Assembly (NCBI RefSeq): GCF_001194135.2
Contig: NC_068990.1
Span: forward strand, 88,551,180 to 88,615,179
Length of the DNA: 64,000 nucleotides
Direction of reading: 5' to 3'
Source of the DNA: Octopus bimaculoides
Taxonomy: Eukaryota
Part shown: positions 28,401 through 41,700 of the stretch, one piece after another
Layout of the letters: each line of letters starts with the position of its first letter
Position numbering within the stretch: the stretch's first letter is position 1
The notes under the pieces: model-generated
The model's input: only the letters and a program-made list of their open reading frames with translations
Database searches by the model: none
What the model was told of the DNA's origin: nothing
Made by a program: the position numbers and the translations under genes

Positions 28401-31400
28401 CCTTACATCCAATGCTTGGCTGCTGTTTTGTGTTGTTGACCCACCCCCTTACAAGAATGAAAGGTAAAGTTAGCATCGGCTGGATTTCAACTGCAAACAT
28501 GAAAATGCTGAATACATTCCATAAAAAAATCTCTTCCAAAGCTTTAATTAGTATACATGTATATATTTAATATAAAAATGAGAATGATGATGTGATTTTC
28601 TAGAGTGTTGAAGAATCTTTATCTAAAACTAATTGAAGAAACCCACTGTCAAAGACCACCATGAACTCCAAGAAGTGCCCTCTCCATTTAATATTCTTTG
28701 ACCAACAGGTTTTATGCACTGTGGGACCCATTCACCCTCAAGTCACTTTCAATAATTTTCTTTGAGGAGAATATCTTCCCATCCACCCTCATCTTCTTTA
28801 CAAGTGAAACTTTAAAAATACAGATTAGGGATTGACTAAAGAAGAAAGTCCCCATTGTCAGACCCTTGAACCACATCCATCACCTAACTTCTTTTGCTAT
28901 AGCTAGCAGACAGAGGAAAAGGAACTTTTCTGCTTGGTTAAAGGAGGATGTGAGGCAATCATAATGATGGACTTGAATGACAGCTGGATCTGTCTCACAC
29001 ATGATATCTGCTGTTTGACATGAATTTACGAGTCAATAATGCCTGGACACTGAACAAGTGCATATAAAATTAATTTGTTCTACTGTGAACATCTTGAACA
29101 GCACTGCCTGTTAGAACTTCTATGACTACATTTTATTTTGGTTTCATAGACCAATTTGATAACACTACCAAGGGCTCCAGAAAGTTTCCCATAGTATTCC
29201 ATGGTCAAGAAGTTTTTTGAAACAAACTTCCTACCTTATTCTCATCAAACCCCAGAATATCCCTGAGAATATCAATGATCTTCCCCTCAGTTAATCTTCT
29301 ATAGATTACATTGCCCAAGTTTTTGTTCATTTTTCTTCATTAGAAATTATTGATGTTGTTTTTGTTGTTTACATTTATCTCAATCTTACTTTAATTCCAG
29401 TTACTAAGAGCAAATTTTTGAAAGTAAAAAGTGCAATGTTGGATGTACCTGGAAAAACTTTGTGGAGAAAGAAAAATGTAACAGCAGAAGCCTGTGTAGA
29501 AAAATGTTCATCTGACACAAATTGTTTATCATTTGAAATAACTAAAGGAAGTGGAAGATGTTACTTATCGAAGGCAACTGCAGCTTCCAACAAGAAAATA
29601 AAAGAAGCCAACAGAGATTACTACCAACGAGTAGATCGTAATTATTCTTTGTGTTTCTCTTTACCTCATTTTCTGAAATTTGTGATCCATTTGTACTTTG
29701 TAGTTTATAGAAAACCATTTCTGTAAAGACATTGATAGATTTATCTCTAGGGACAAACATAAACACATTCGTGAAATAAGAAATTTTGGGAACTATAAAT
29801 ACTATTAAGTCATTCTCATAGAGCATTTGTTTATCTTGAACACTTTTCTGCAATATGTTTTCAATCATTTCAAAAATAGGTATTTTAGACACATCTTGCA
29901 GTATTACAAGGTGTTAGCTGGAATTGGATTTAGTAAGAAGTCAATAAAAAATTAGCATTCTCCACCTCCATAGTTGAAGGCTGTAAGAAAGAAGAAATGT
30001 GAAGTGATTTTTTAGTCACAGACCTGCATTATTATTAGGAGTTTTACAAAACATCTATATCAACCAACGAAATGGTGCAGGTGCTGAACATTGTGCGGGG
30101 ACCCAATCACTAGGACCTGCTCTGCTCTGTGAGCTGTATTTCCACCTACCAAACATGCTCCCTTCACATTTAGAAATCAGTTCGTCTTGATGCAGCTGTA
30201 CTCATCCATATGCATCACATAAACATACCAGTGCAGCCCTCTCTCTTGTACACATCTGATGCCTTGTATACCCAACTTTTCTCTCAGATCACTTGCACTC
30301 TGTTGTACATGAACACTAACGTTACCCATCCTGCAGAGCATGCTGGCTTCATTTCTTTCAAGCTTTCACGCATTCTCAGATGTCACAGCCCATGTCTCAC
30401 TGCCATGTAACATAGCTGTTCATACACAGGCACCATACAATCTATCTTTCCCACTGAGGAAGAGGCCTTGTGTTACTAACAGAGGTAGTAACTCTCAGAA
30501 TTTTGCCCAGTCCAATCTTTTTCTTGCAACTATGCATTCAAAACTACTTCCTCCGCTGCTAACTTTGTGACCTAAGTAATGTAGATAATACATTTGTACA
30601 CCCCTCTTCTGATGGTGTGCTTTTGCTTAAGATTAAAGGATCATCTTTTGAACTATGTTTAGATTCGACAAAAGCACACCATTAGAAAATAAGGCACAAA
30701 TGGATTACATGCAACTTAAATTTTGAAACAATGTTTCAAATGAGCCTCAAGATGTTCTACATTCACATTAATTCTGACTTAATTGTCATTTTGTGCATCA
30801 ATTATTTGTTTATAATACAGGCATGTCCAACCCATGCCTGCATGGAAAACGAATGTAAAATGTTTATGATGATGATAACCATTTAAAACAAATTATGCAA
30901 CAGATGTTATATAATATTTAATATGTGTGTGAATATAAAATGTCTTTCTTTCATTTCTTCTTTATCTAGCCGATGATGATGTTTTTACATTTAAAAGAAC
31001 TGCCATACCAGGGCATGATTCACCTGATCGGATTAAAGGAATCAGTTTAAAGGAGTGTGATCGTGCTTGTCTTCAAATTCCAGGATGTAAATCTTATGAG
31101 TATCATGAAAAAAAAAAATTCTGTAATCCATCTAATGAGACTCACCTGACTTATGACCTTAAACCCAACAAAGATGGATGGGATATACATATCATGAACC
31201 CAGGTCAGTGGAGTGTAATTCATTTATTTCACGTATCTGTATGCATGTGTGTGACAGTTTGTTTATAAAACACACATACAGATGTAGATCAGTTTAAAGG
31301 AATCCTGTAGCTTGTTAGCATCCTGTAGCTTGTTAGCATCAAATTCCACGTTGAGTACTGATGCAAATATCAAGTGTGTTATGAAATAAATACACATATG

Positions 31401-34400
31401 AGTTTTTCTACTTTGGAAATGTGCTGTATTTAACTGCATTTGTTCATTATTATTATTGATATGGCAGTTTGACCAAGGGAGCCCAACAGAGTAAGAACCA
31501 GATTTAAAAATGGGTACTGGATTCAGTTTATGTGTGTGTAACATAATCCCAAATTTAAAAGAGTGGGATAGGTAATATGTAAGCTACATACATTTCTTAA
31601 CTAGCTGAAGTTCATTACGTAAGTATTATGTAACAAACTATTTACTTATATAAATTGGAAGACAACACACTAGAAGTCCACTGCAATCTATACTTAACAT
31701 TTTTTAAAAAGACTTTTAATGCCTGAATACATACCCCCTTATTCTCCAGAATGACACCAATTTTTTCTTTTCTCTTTCCATTCCTTTTCTTTCTCCTTTT
31801 CTTCCTACTCTTTGACCCTTAACCACACCCACTCTATCCATTATTTCAGTTCCACCTTACACCAAAACATTCAGTGCTTTTTTAAACTTGCTTTCTTTGT
31901 TTTGTTTTGTTTTTTGTTATTGACTTTACTATCCATTTAGAATTCCTCAGCAATGCAAATTTCACTGAGAACCTTTGAATGTCATATATTGAATAGTTTC
32001 TCTCAGACAGCACCTGGGAAACAAAAGCAACAAGAATAAATACATAAACCTAGTACTGAAAAGCAAAGAGAACAGTATCATGTATCTCAGCAGTGATCTC
32101 TGCAAGAAGCAATCTCTTCATAACCCAAAAGAATCTGACTAACATACTTCAAAGAAGTCCCAGATGTGAAGCACACAGCACACCAAAAAAAAAAAAGGCT
32201 ATGCTTGTGTGTATTTCTTGAAGACTTAAAGAAGACAGAAATATTGACATGAAATGCAGCCTTCTTGGACTCATGACCACTACATAATGTCACACTTCAA
32301 AGCTTATTTGTTTGCTATATGTACTGAATACACCTCTATCCAAAGGCTGTATGGCCCTCATAAGACATTCATCTCTTAGCTTGCTTAGTGACTATAAAAT
32401 CAAAGAGCATGTGACCATGATTAAGGCTTTCTCTAAGTTGATCAATGCTAAATAACATCACACTTCGAAGCCAAGAGAAGGTGATTGATACAAAATACCC
32501 AATAAATAAAAGAAGCAGGGAAGCCATTGGAAACTCAACGTGCAACAAGACATGTCAATTATGTCATATTTCTGTGGAAAACATCACAAATCTGATCAAC
32601 AATTAACCAAAAATGTCAACAATGTACTATTTCCTAATGTGACATGATGTTGTAACTAACACAATATATAATGCTATCTGAAAACAAGAATGTTCCTGGA
32701 TGACTACTGAGGATCCCTCTATAATCAAATATATGCACAAGCATCAATACAAGGAGAATTGCTGGAACATTACCTTCAAAATTTCTAGCAAACTAGATAG
32801 TGCTGTTTGAGAGGGATAAGAAAAAGCATGTACAGTTATAGACATCAGCTGCCTCACTCGTGAACATCTCTTCAAAAAATTAAAGCGAAAGTGAATAACT
32901 ATGAACAACTGGTTTGAAACTTCAGCTTTTATACCTATCCTGACTACAAATTCACATTTATACCATTCATAACTGGTGCAATTGGTCTTGTGAATAAATG
33001 CCTACATGAGATTCTAGATGAGTTACAGTTTTCAGAAGAAAGAAATCAACCAGCTAATACACATGTTACAAATATAATCTGGAAGTGGAACAGTGAAAAT
33101 ATGCAAGACGTTCATAAAGTTCAGAATATAAATTTGTTTTCATCTCCATTCCAACAATGGAGCTTTGTATGTTCCTAGGAACCAGCTTCTTCCTTACAGG
33201 AAGTCTTCACATAATTAAGAATAGTAGAAAACTACAAATATACACGTGTTTCTATGTGTGAGCAAATTTCTTCTATTTGATTCATGCAATATGTTTTATT
33301 CTAACATTGTTATTATCTCCTTATTGTCACCCTTCTCCTAACATGTACACATCATTGATATCAATTTTTGTTTTCAATTCCAGTTTACAGCAAAATAAAA
33401 TGTGGACGACCAAGAGACATTGCTGGTGTATTGATGTCCTACAATTCCACCACCTATAGATCTGAAGTGACCTACACATGTCCAGACAGAGAAGAACTGA
33501 AGTCAAAATGTGAAAAGGACCGAAAATGGACTTCAGTAGACTCTGTTTGTGAAGGTAAGGCAAATAGCTTCCTTCTTGCGGTTTCTGTCTATGTAATTTT
33601 GTTTCACCTTGTGCTAAATGTCTTAGTCAGAGGAGGGCTGGCTCACTCTATAGCAATTTCCACAGTGATTGTGGATGGTAGGAGGGAGAAAGGAAGCTGT
33701 CCTCAGATCAGGGAACTCATCAAACAGAGTAGACATCATTTATTCTACCCAAGGGCCAGGTATTAAATTGGATGATGGATTAAGTCTGCCAGCCAAATAG
33801 GATAAGTGTGGAAGTTTCTTCCCCCAGCAAGTTTCCACGTAACTTTCATCTACCAAATTTCGTCCTCAGTTGTAGAGCAAATTTTTAACCAAAAAACCAA
33901 GACTAGTAACTCTTCCATGTTGAAAGAACAAGCTGTTCAGCATGAGTACCAATATCTTATCACCAAAAATGCTGTGGTGAGAATTGTACATATTGGGTAT
34001 AAGAACAGTATTACCCAAATAAATATTTGGATACAGTTATCTAGAATAACCCTTCATAGAATTATTGATGAATAACCCTTCATACATACATACAGTGTGG
34101 GATATATAACACACTGCCTAGGTGCCAAGCTTGGGAAATTAGGCTTCTCAAAACCAGAAACGAGAAAGCTGATTCAAAGACAACAGATCCAATCCATCAC
34201 TGGAACTGTAAAAATTTGTAAAACTTTTCAGAAGTTTATCATTTAAGTATATATGAGAATGTCTAGATATGGAACTATATGCATGAGATTGTACACATAA
34301 AACAAAACATACAAGTCTGCACATATACATACATACCCTACTGTTGATGTTGAAATTCCAATGAAGGAATTTTTAATCAAGCAGTTATACATTCAGAATA

Positions 34401-35673
34401 TCTTCCTTCACTGCTAATTAGGTCACCCATGTAACAGACACTGTCTACAACTTTTAGGGAGTCTCCTGAAAAATCCAATTCCTGTGCGTTCTTAATGTTT
34501 ATTGTTCCTGCACATCTGACACTTAAAAAGACCATTTTCTCTGTTAAACTACCTGTAATTACACTGCACTTCTGATGTGTGCATATCTTACACTGAGTAC
34601 ACCATATGGAATTCCAACCAACACCTACTTATTTAGCAGGGCACACACATAAAATAGATGCAACATAGATGTCAATTTCTGTTTTCAATTTCAGTTTTTA
34701 AACACATTGACTGTGGAAATCCAAAAGACATTGCTGGTGCAACAAAGTCCTATGACACCACCACCTATAAATCTGAAGTGACCTATACTTGCCCAGAGGG
34801 AGAAAAACTAAAGTCAACATGTGAAAAGGACAACAAATGGACTCCAATTGTGGAAACCTGTAACGGTAACATAAGTAGCTTCTTTCTTGTGCAATTTTGT
34901 TTTAGTTTTGTGTTAAATGTGTTTGTCATAGGAAGACTGACTGAATACATTGCAAGTTCCTCAGTGGTTGTGGTTGTTGGTGGGGGAGAACTAGTTATCC
35001 TCAGACCAGAGATCTCACAAATGCTTACAACAATGTGGACATAGTCAATTCCACTCAAGGCCAGGTAATGGTATTAAACTGGATGATGGATTAAGTCCAC
35101 CAACCAAGAGCTGGAACTATGGACAGTTTTTTCTCTCTTACTCTCTTCCACATTGTTCACATCCACCAAATTTCTTCTTCAAGTCTTAGCTGTGAAGTGA
35201 ATTTTTAACCATGCAGAAATAACTCTACCTTATACCTTATGTTTGACAAGTAAACTTATTACTTCCATAGCTATACTACAGCACATTTTGATAGATTTTC
35301 TCTTAACTTCTAACAGGAAATTTCTTTGCCATACTTTGTGCTATCATCCAGAACTCTGTAAATATAATGTCTGAGTTTTTCTTTACTAGAATGTAGCAAT
35401 CCCCTGATACAGACTTCTGATGCCCTTGTTATCTTTCAGTCAACTACCTATAATTATACTACTACTAATAACAACAATGGTTTCTGATTTAGGCACAAAG
35501 CAGTAGTTTTTAATGGATTGCATTTAGCCAAAACCATGACCATTGCTAATTGCCTGGCACATTGTTTTATTCAACCGCGCAAGATTGAAAGCTCTTGGTT
35601 TAATTTGAACTGATGGACAAAAGAGCCTGATTACTTATTGTAATGCATTTCTTGTAATACTCTAATTAGTACC

Positions 35674-35709
<36 letters not shown>

Positions 35710-38700
35710 AATGAACAACATTATCATTATTAACATCATTATTTAGCACCTGTTTTCTATGCTGGCATGGGTTGGACAGTTTGATAGTGTCCAGTGAACT
35801 GAAGAGCTGCATTAAGCCCAATGTTATCTTTGACATGGTTTCAATGGCTGAATACCATTCCTCAGACTAACCACTATAGAGTGTGTACTGGGTCCCTTTC
35901 CTTGGTACTAGTAAGGTCACCAATAACTTGCAGGACAAAATTAAAAAAAGGGAAAGCAAAAAGACCCCTCAGCTGAGTGAGAGTGTATTTGAGAGAGTGG
36001 GAGGTAGATTTGTGCCATGTATTTAAGGCTAAGGTATGATAGAGTGACAAGCATAGGTATCTTACTATAGAGGAGATACACAGCTACTCTATATTACATG
36101 CTGATGGGTAAGAGCAGGAGTGTCAAACTTAATCACACATGGGACCAAAACTCAAAGCACACTTTAGGTCGCAGGCCGAACATGATAAACATCTATTGAA
36201 CAGACTAAAACTTTATGAACATGAACATGTATTGAAACAGATGGTATATAATTTTATTCCAAAAGTAAATTAACTTTAATTTAAATTACTTAAAATATTT
36301 TACTCTGCATGAAAATATCTTTTGTCAAAATTATAAAAATTTAAAATAAGAATAAGTTGCAAAAAAAAACAAAAAGAAAATATAAATAAAATATGTGCTT
36401 CTTAGTGAAAATTAAAATAATAAATCAAAACTTTCAATTTTCTTTACCCAATTCTGTCCAAGCTACATACTTGGCATCTTTTCTTGGCAACATGTTCATT
36501 GATGTTTGGGGCAAGGTTCTGTGTTGTTGAGACTCTTGGGATGGATTGCAAGTGTTCATCTGTGAGATGACTCCTATGTGACGTTTTATTCATCTTCATC
36601 ACAGAGAACAGCTGTTAGCACAGATATGTGCTTCCAAACAAAACAGCGTTCAAGCTACATGTAAATGGAGCTGGGGCATTGCTTTGGGTATGAAGCAAGT
36701 GAACTGTACGGGTCCCACAGTGTCATACTTTGTTTTTAATGTCCCATTACACTGCAGTTCTATCAGCTCCATTTGAATCTGTACAAGTGCAGTTTCCACA
36801 TTCACAGCAAATGGGTTGCGAAGCAGCTTGAAATTATTTTTCCTTGCTTCAAAGTCACTAAAGCACCATGAGAATTCAGTGTGAAGCACTCTCAATTTGT
36901 CTGCAAAGTGTTGCTTTGGGAACACCGTAGCACTGACTTGGCTCAACATTACTTGGCAACAGGGAAAGTGAGACAAATCTTTGAAAAACATTGGATGGAC
37001 GAAATGAAAATGTGTCTAGTTTTAAGAACACTAGTGACAGCAGAGCATGAGAAGTATAGTAACTTCATACTGCCAAAAGAAGTATCCAACATAAATTTCA
37101 CCAACACAGTTCACATTTTGGTTGTGAAATTCAGAAAAGAAAGCCTTGTGAAGGTAATCACTTACTTTTTTTCATCTCATTAAAAGTAAAATCACTAGAT
37201 GATGATGGATGCTATTCCAAGCAAAACTTTGCTAAATAGTAAAGTGGTAAGTTACATCCTTTTACATTCTCAGTTCAAATCCAAACAAGATGTGCTTCAG
37301 CTTTTATAATTCTGAGTTTGATAAAACAGGTATTAGTCAAGTTCTGAGGTTGATTTATTTTCATTTATATTTACTGCTCAATGTGTGGCCTTGATTATGT
37401 GTTAGGAACCATTATCATTAATATTGTTACCATCAATAATAATTATAATTATTTTTGTTGTTAAGGGTAATAGGTTGACATAATCATTTGAGCCTCAGAC
37501 ACACTGTGTTGTAGCATTTGTTCTGGTTCATTAGCTTCAGAGTTCAAATGCTGCTGATGTTAACTTTACTCTTCCAGGGCCAATGAAATATGATACTAAT
37601 CAAATGTAGAAGGAAATTTCATTCATCAATTCCTACGTCAGTTTTGTCTTAATTTCTATGATGGAATATCATTTATTTTGTTGTAGGTGTTATTGTTTAT
37701 TGGTTTCAATTTTGTTTTAATTCTAGATCCTCAGATCCATTTTGTGAAAGTAAAAGGTGCAGCTCTTGATGTACCAGGGAAATTATTGTGGAAGAAAAAA
37801 AAAGTAACAGCAAAAGCCTGTGCAGAAAAATGTTTGTCAGACAAAAAATGTTTATCATTTGAAATAAATACAGAAAATGGAAAATGTTTCTTATCAAAGC
37901 AAACTGCAAGTTCCTCCAAGAAAATAAAGAAAGTCAAGAACAAAGATTACTACCAACGAGTAAAATGTAATTATTCTTAGTATTTTATTAATGAAATTAT
38001 CCTCTTCTCTTCTTCTGAAATTTGGGATTGCATTTGAATTTCTTGGATGTCACATTCATTGAAAGCATGTGAAATAACATGGAAAAGAAAAAAAAACCTA
38101 CGAAACAAAACTCCATTGCTGGAAAACTCACACTCCCTCAGTGAGCCAACAGGTCATGGGTACTCTAGTAATATAATATAAATATATAAACAAAATCACA
38201 AATGTAAATGTTTCCTAACTTTCATCTAATTTGGTTTTACATTCAGATTAATTGCTATTTTTTTTTTTCTTTATTTCAGTTGTTTTTCCACAGATGTATA
38301 TTTTTATTATGTTTGAGAAATTTATTATGATTAGGAGTGTGCTGCAAAGCACCAATTACAACTGATGAAGTGACTGAGCTGCAGTGTAGAGCAGAAATAA
38401 ACAGGATTGGATCTGCGCACAATTAAAAGAGAGGTGTACAAATGTATTATCTGCAGCCTTACTATAGAGACAAAGTTTCAAATAAGTCCGAAGATGTTCT
38501 ACAAATCATATGCATTCTGATTAGAGTGTCCTTTTGCAGATCAATTATTTGTTTATAATAAATTGGCCATTTACAAAATTATGCACCACATGCTTTACAA
38601 AATTTAACATATTGTTAGGAAATGTGTGTGCGTGTGCTTGAGTGGGTAGATGTATATGAAATATATTTCTTGTTTTCTATTTTGTTTCAGTAGATGAAGA

Positions 38701-41700
38701 GCCTGTAATGCTGAAAAAGGTTAGCATACCAAGTAACGCTATTTCAGGACGGCTTAAGGATAAGACCTTAAAGGAGTGTGATAAGGCTTGTCAACAATAT
38801 ATAAGATGTAACACTTATCAGTACAATGCTAAATCTAAGGTGTGTGATCTGAGTAATGTGACTCAGTTGAATGATGAACTTAAACCCAACGATGGAGATT
38901 GGGATATATACATAGTTAACCCAGGTCAGTAGAGTGTTTCTATTTCATTTATTGTGTGCATACCTGTATGTATTTACATATACATGTATGTGTGTACGTG
39001 TGCATATACATATATACATATCTATCTCTCTATTTATCTAAATATGTATATACATACACTTATATGTATGTATATAGATATATATATATATATAAGAAAA
39101 ACCATTTTGTAATTGAATATACTGATGCTATATCATCATCATCATCGTTTAATCTAGGAGCTCCAACAAAACCTGTGATAAAGAGAAATAATAATAGTAG
39201 AAAGAGGATGCAGAGTATATGGATGGGAAAGCATGGCTCAGATATTAAGGAACAGATGTGTGGCAGCAGAAATGAAAGTCTCACATATTGTGAGAGTGTA
39301 GTAGGCTGGCCCAAAAGCACTACAAATGGAGGCACAGTAATGTGGCTATATTCTTCTATTGGAGGCTATGTGAAAAGTACAGCCTGAACAGAACACGGAA
39401 ATGATATGGACATGAACCAGAAGGAGTGACTGAGAACAAGGAGCATAAGATACTGTGGGATTTTACATTCTGAGAAGTAAAGCAATAATAATGATGATAA
39501 TAATAATAATAATAATGATAAAGGTGAAAGCCTTTTGAGTGGCAGGTGTCCTGTGGTTGAGCAGCGGAGGCCTGGTCATTATCCAGAGACTGCTTATATA
39601 TGAAGTCAGAGGCAGAGAAGAAGATGGGATGAAAAGGTAAACCAAACTGTTATTGAATGCTGAATCAGAAGTGAACCCAGTAGAAGGGGGATTCCAACAA
39701 TGCATGAAAGCAAAATGAAGTAGGACTCTTCAAGATAAGTGAGCAATGTTTAGCCTACCACACAAGTGCAATAAGAACAAAAGTGTGGTTAACAGACATG
39801 GAAATTCAAGAGGTAAAAAGGAAAGTAGAAATAGTAATAATACTTCACCGGCAGATAACATGCCCAATGAGGACAGAGAAATGAATGGCATTAGTGAAGA
39901 CATAGAGCAAAGTGTAAATATAAATGCACTCTCAGCAAATGAAGCAGAAGTAATGGGAAGAGCTATATCACAAGAATACGATGATGAGCAACAAGACATT
40001 TTGAGGATGATGTGCCGATATATTAGAGAAGGCCAGGATCAAGCAACCCCCAAACTGAGGTATATTGATCAACACAAACCAGTAGCTGAAGCCAAAAGGA
40101 TAGATTCTGAAACTAACAAGATTACTTAAGCTGCAACTATGGCTGCTGCAGATAGAGTTGGATACAAAAGAAGAGAGCAGACAGAAGGTAAAGAACCGCA
40201 CTGGCGTAGACAAATTTGTGAGAAAGACAAGAAAGTTCCTAATGATGCATGAGGCCCATCATTCATGTGCAGACACTGATCACCTACACACAAAGAGAAT
40301 AAACAGCAGAAGGGGACTGATAAGTGTGGAAGACTACATAACTATCGAACTCAAGAGCTTAACGAGATACCTATCCCAAAGTAAGGAAACTTTGTTAGTG
40401 TCAGTTAGGAATGAGGATGTATTGAAAGCAGAGAAAAAAGGGAAAGCAAACGAAGAAGTACAAAAAGGACATGAAGATGCAGTATGCAACAAGGGACTAC
40501 AAAACCAATTCCATGTAGCCACAACTGAAGTTGCTGGAAACATAGGTGGGATTGGCTGAAGAAAGGGACACCAAAAAAAAGTATGGATTATCTGGTTTTC
40601 TAAATCTATCACAGCCCAATTTTGTTAGCCTAGTTTCATTTTCTTCATGGAGCTTACAAGATATTTCACCAGGCTCCTTAACCATTTCCTTTCATGTGAT
40701 ATATGTATGTCTGTATGTGTGTGCAGATGTCTTCAGTTTGTTATACAATCAATATCTTTTATTCTAGATTTGTCCTTATCTCCTCATTCTCCCCCTCCTC
40801 CTCCTGACATAGATTCACCGTTGATATCAGTTTTTATTATCACTTTCAGTTATTACAAAAATTAACTGTGGACCTCCAAAAGATGTTGTTGGTGCAAAGA
40901 AGTCCTACACTGACACCACCTATAAATCTGAAGTGACCTACACATGTCCAGGAGGACAACAGTTGAAGTCAAAGTGTAAAGATGACAATAAATGGACTCC
41001 AGTTGCATCCAATTGTAAAGGTAATGTAAATAGGTTCTCTTTTGCTGTCTCTGTCTAGGTATTTTTGCTTAATTCTTTTATTAAATATCTTTATTAGAAG
41101 AAGAATAACTGAATCCATGACAATTTCCATGGTATTTGTGGCTGGTTGAAGTGAGAGAGAAAGTTATCCTCAGAGAAGATAACTTCCTAAATCCATGCAA
41201 CAGAGTGAACTTAATTAAAGCTATCCAGGGCTCAGATAATGGTATTAATTTGGGTAATAGATTAAAACTGCCAAACAAGAGCAGCAAGTGAGAAAGTGTG
41301 TTGTCTCCAGCAGGCTTCTACATAGTTTCCATCCACCAAATTCCATTAGTCATGAAGCAGTTTTTTAATTATGCAGCCATAAGTCCAGACAATACCGCAT
41401 TCTTGTTATTACCTCAGCTAACCAAGGTAGTTTTTCTCTTAAATTCTAACTTCAGCTTTCTTTCACACTTTGTTTCATCCTCTGAAACACTGCACAACAC
41501 AATGCACTTAATTTTTCTTTACTAGAATTCAACAATCATCCAAAACTTCTGATACTCTAATGGTCATCCATTCCACCATCCTAAATCATAGTGAGATAAA
41601 TAATAATACTGATTTCTGATGGAAAAAGAGCCAATGCTTTCCTATAGAAAGATGTTAGTATCATTACCTCCAATATTTGACTGCTATTTTGTGTTGTTGA

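Noticed and set aside
33555-33766. Hydrophobic, TM-like read-through after Sushi exons (for example FLLAVSVYVILFHLVLNVLVR after S9), suggesting membrane-anchored intron-retained isoforms
   Set aside because: T-rich intron sequence gives F/L/V/I by default; the frame closes early or shifts in S1, S3, S5, S7, S8, S11, S12, S13 and S16, so it is not conserved
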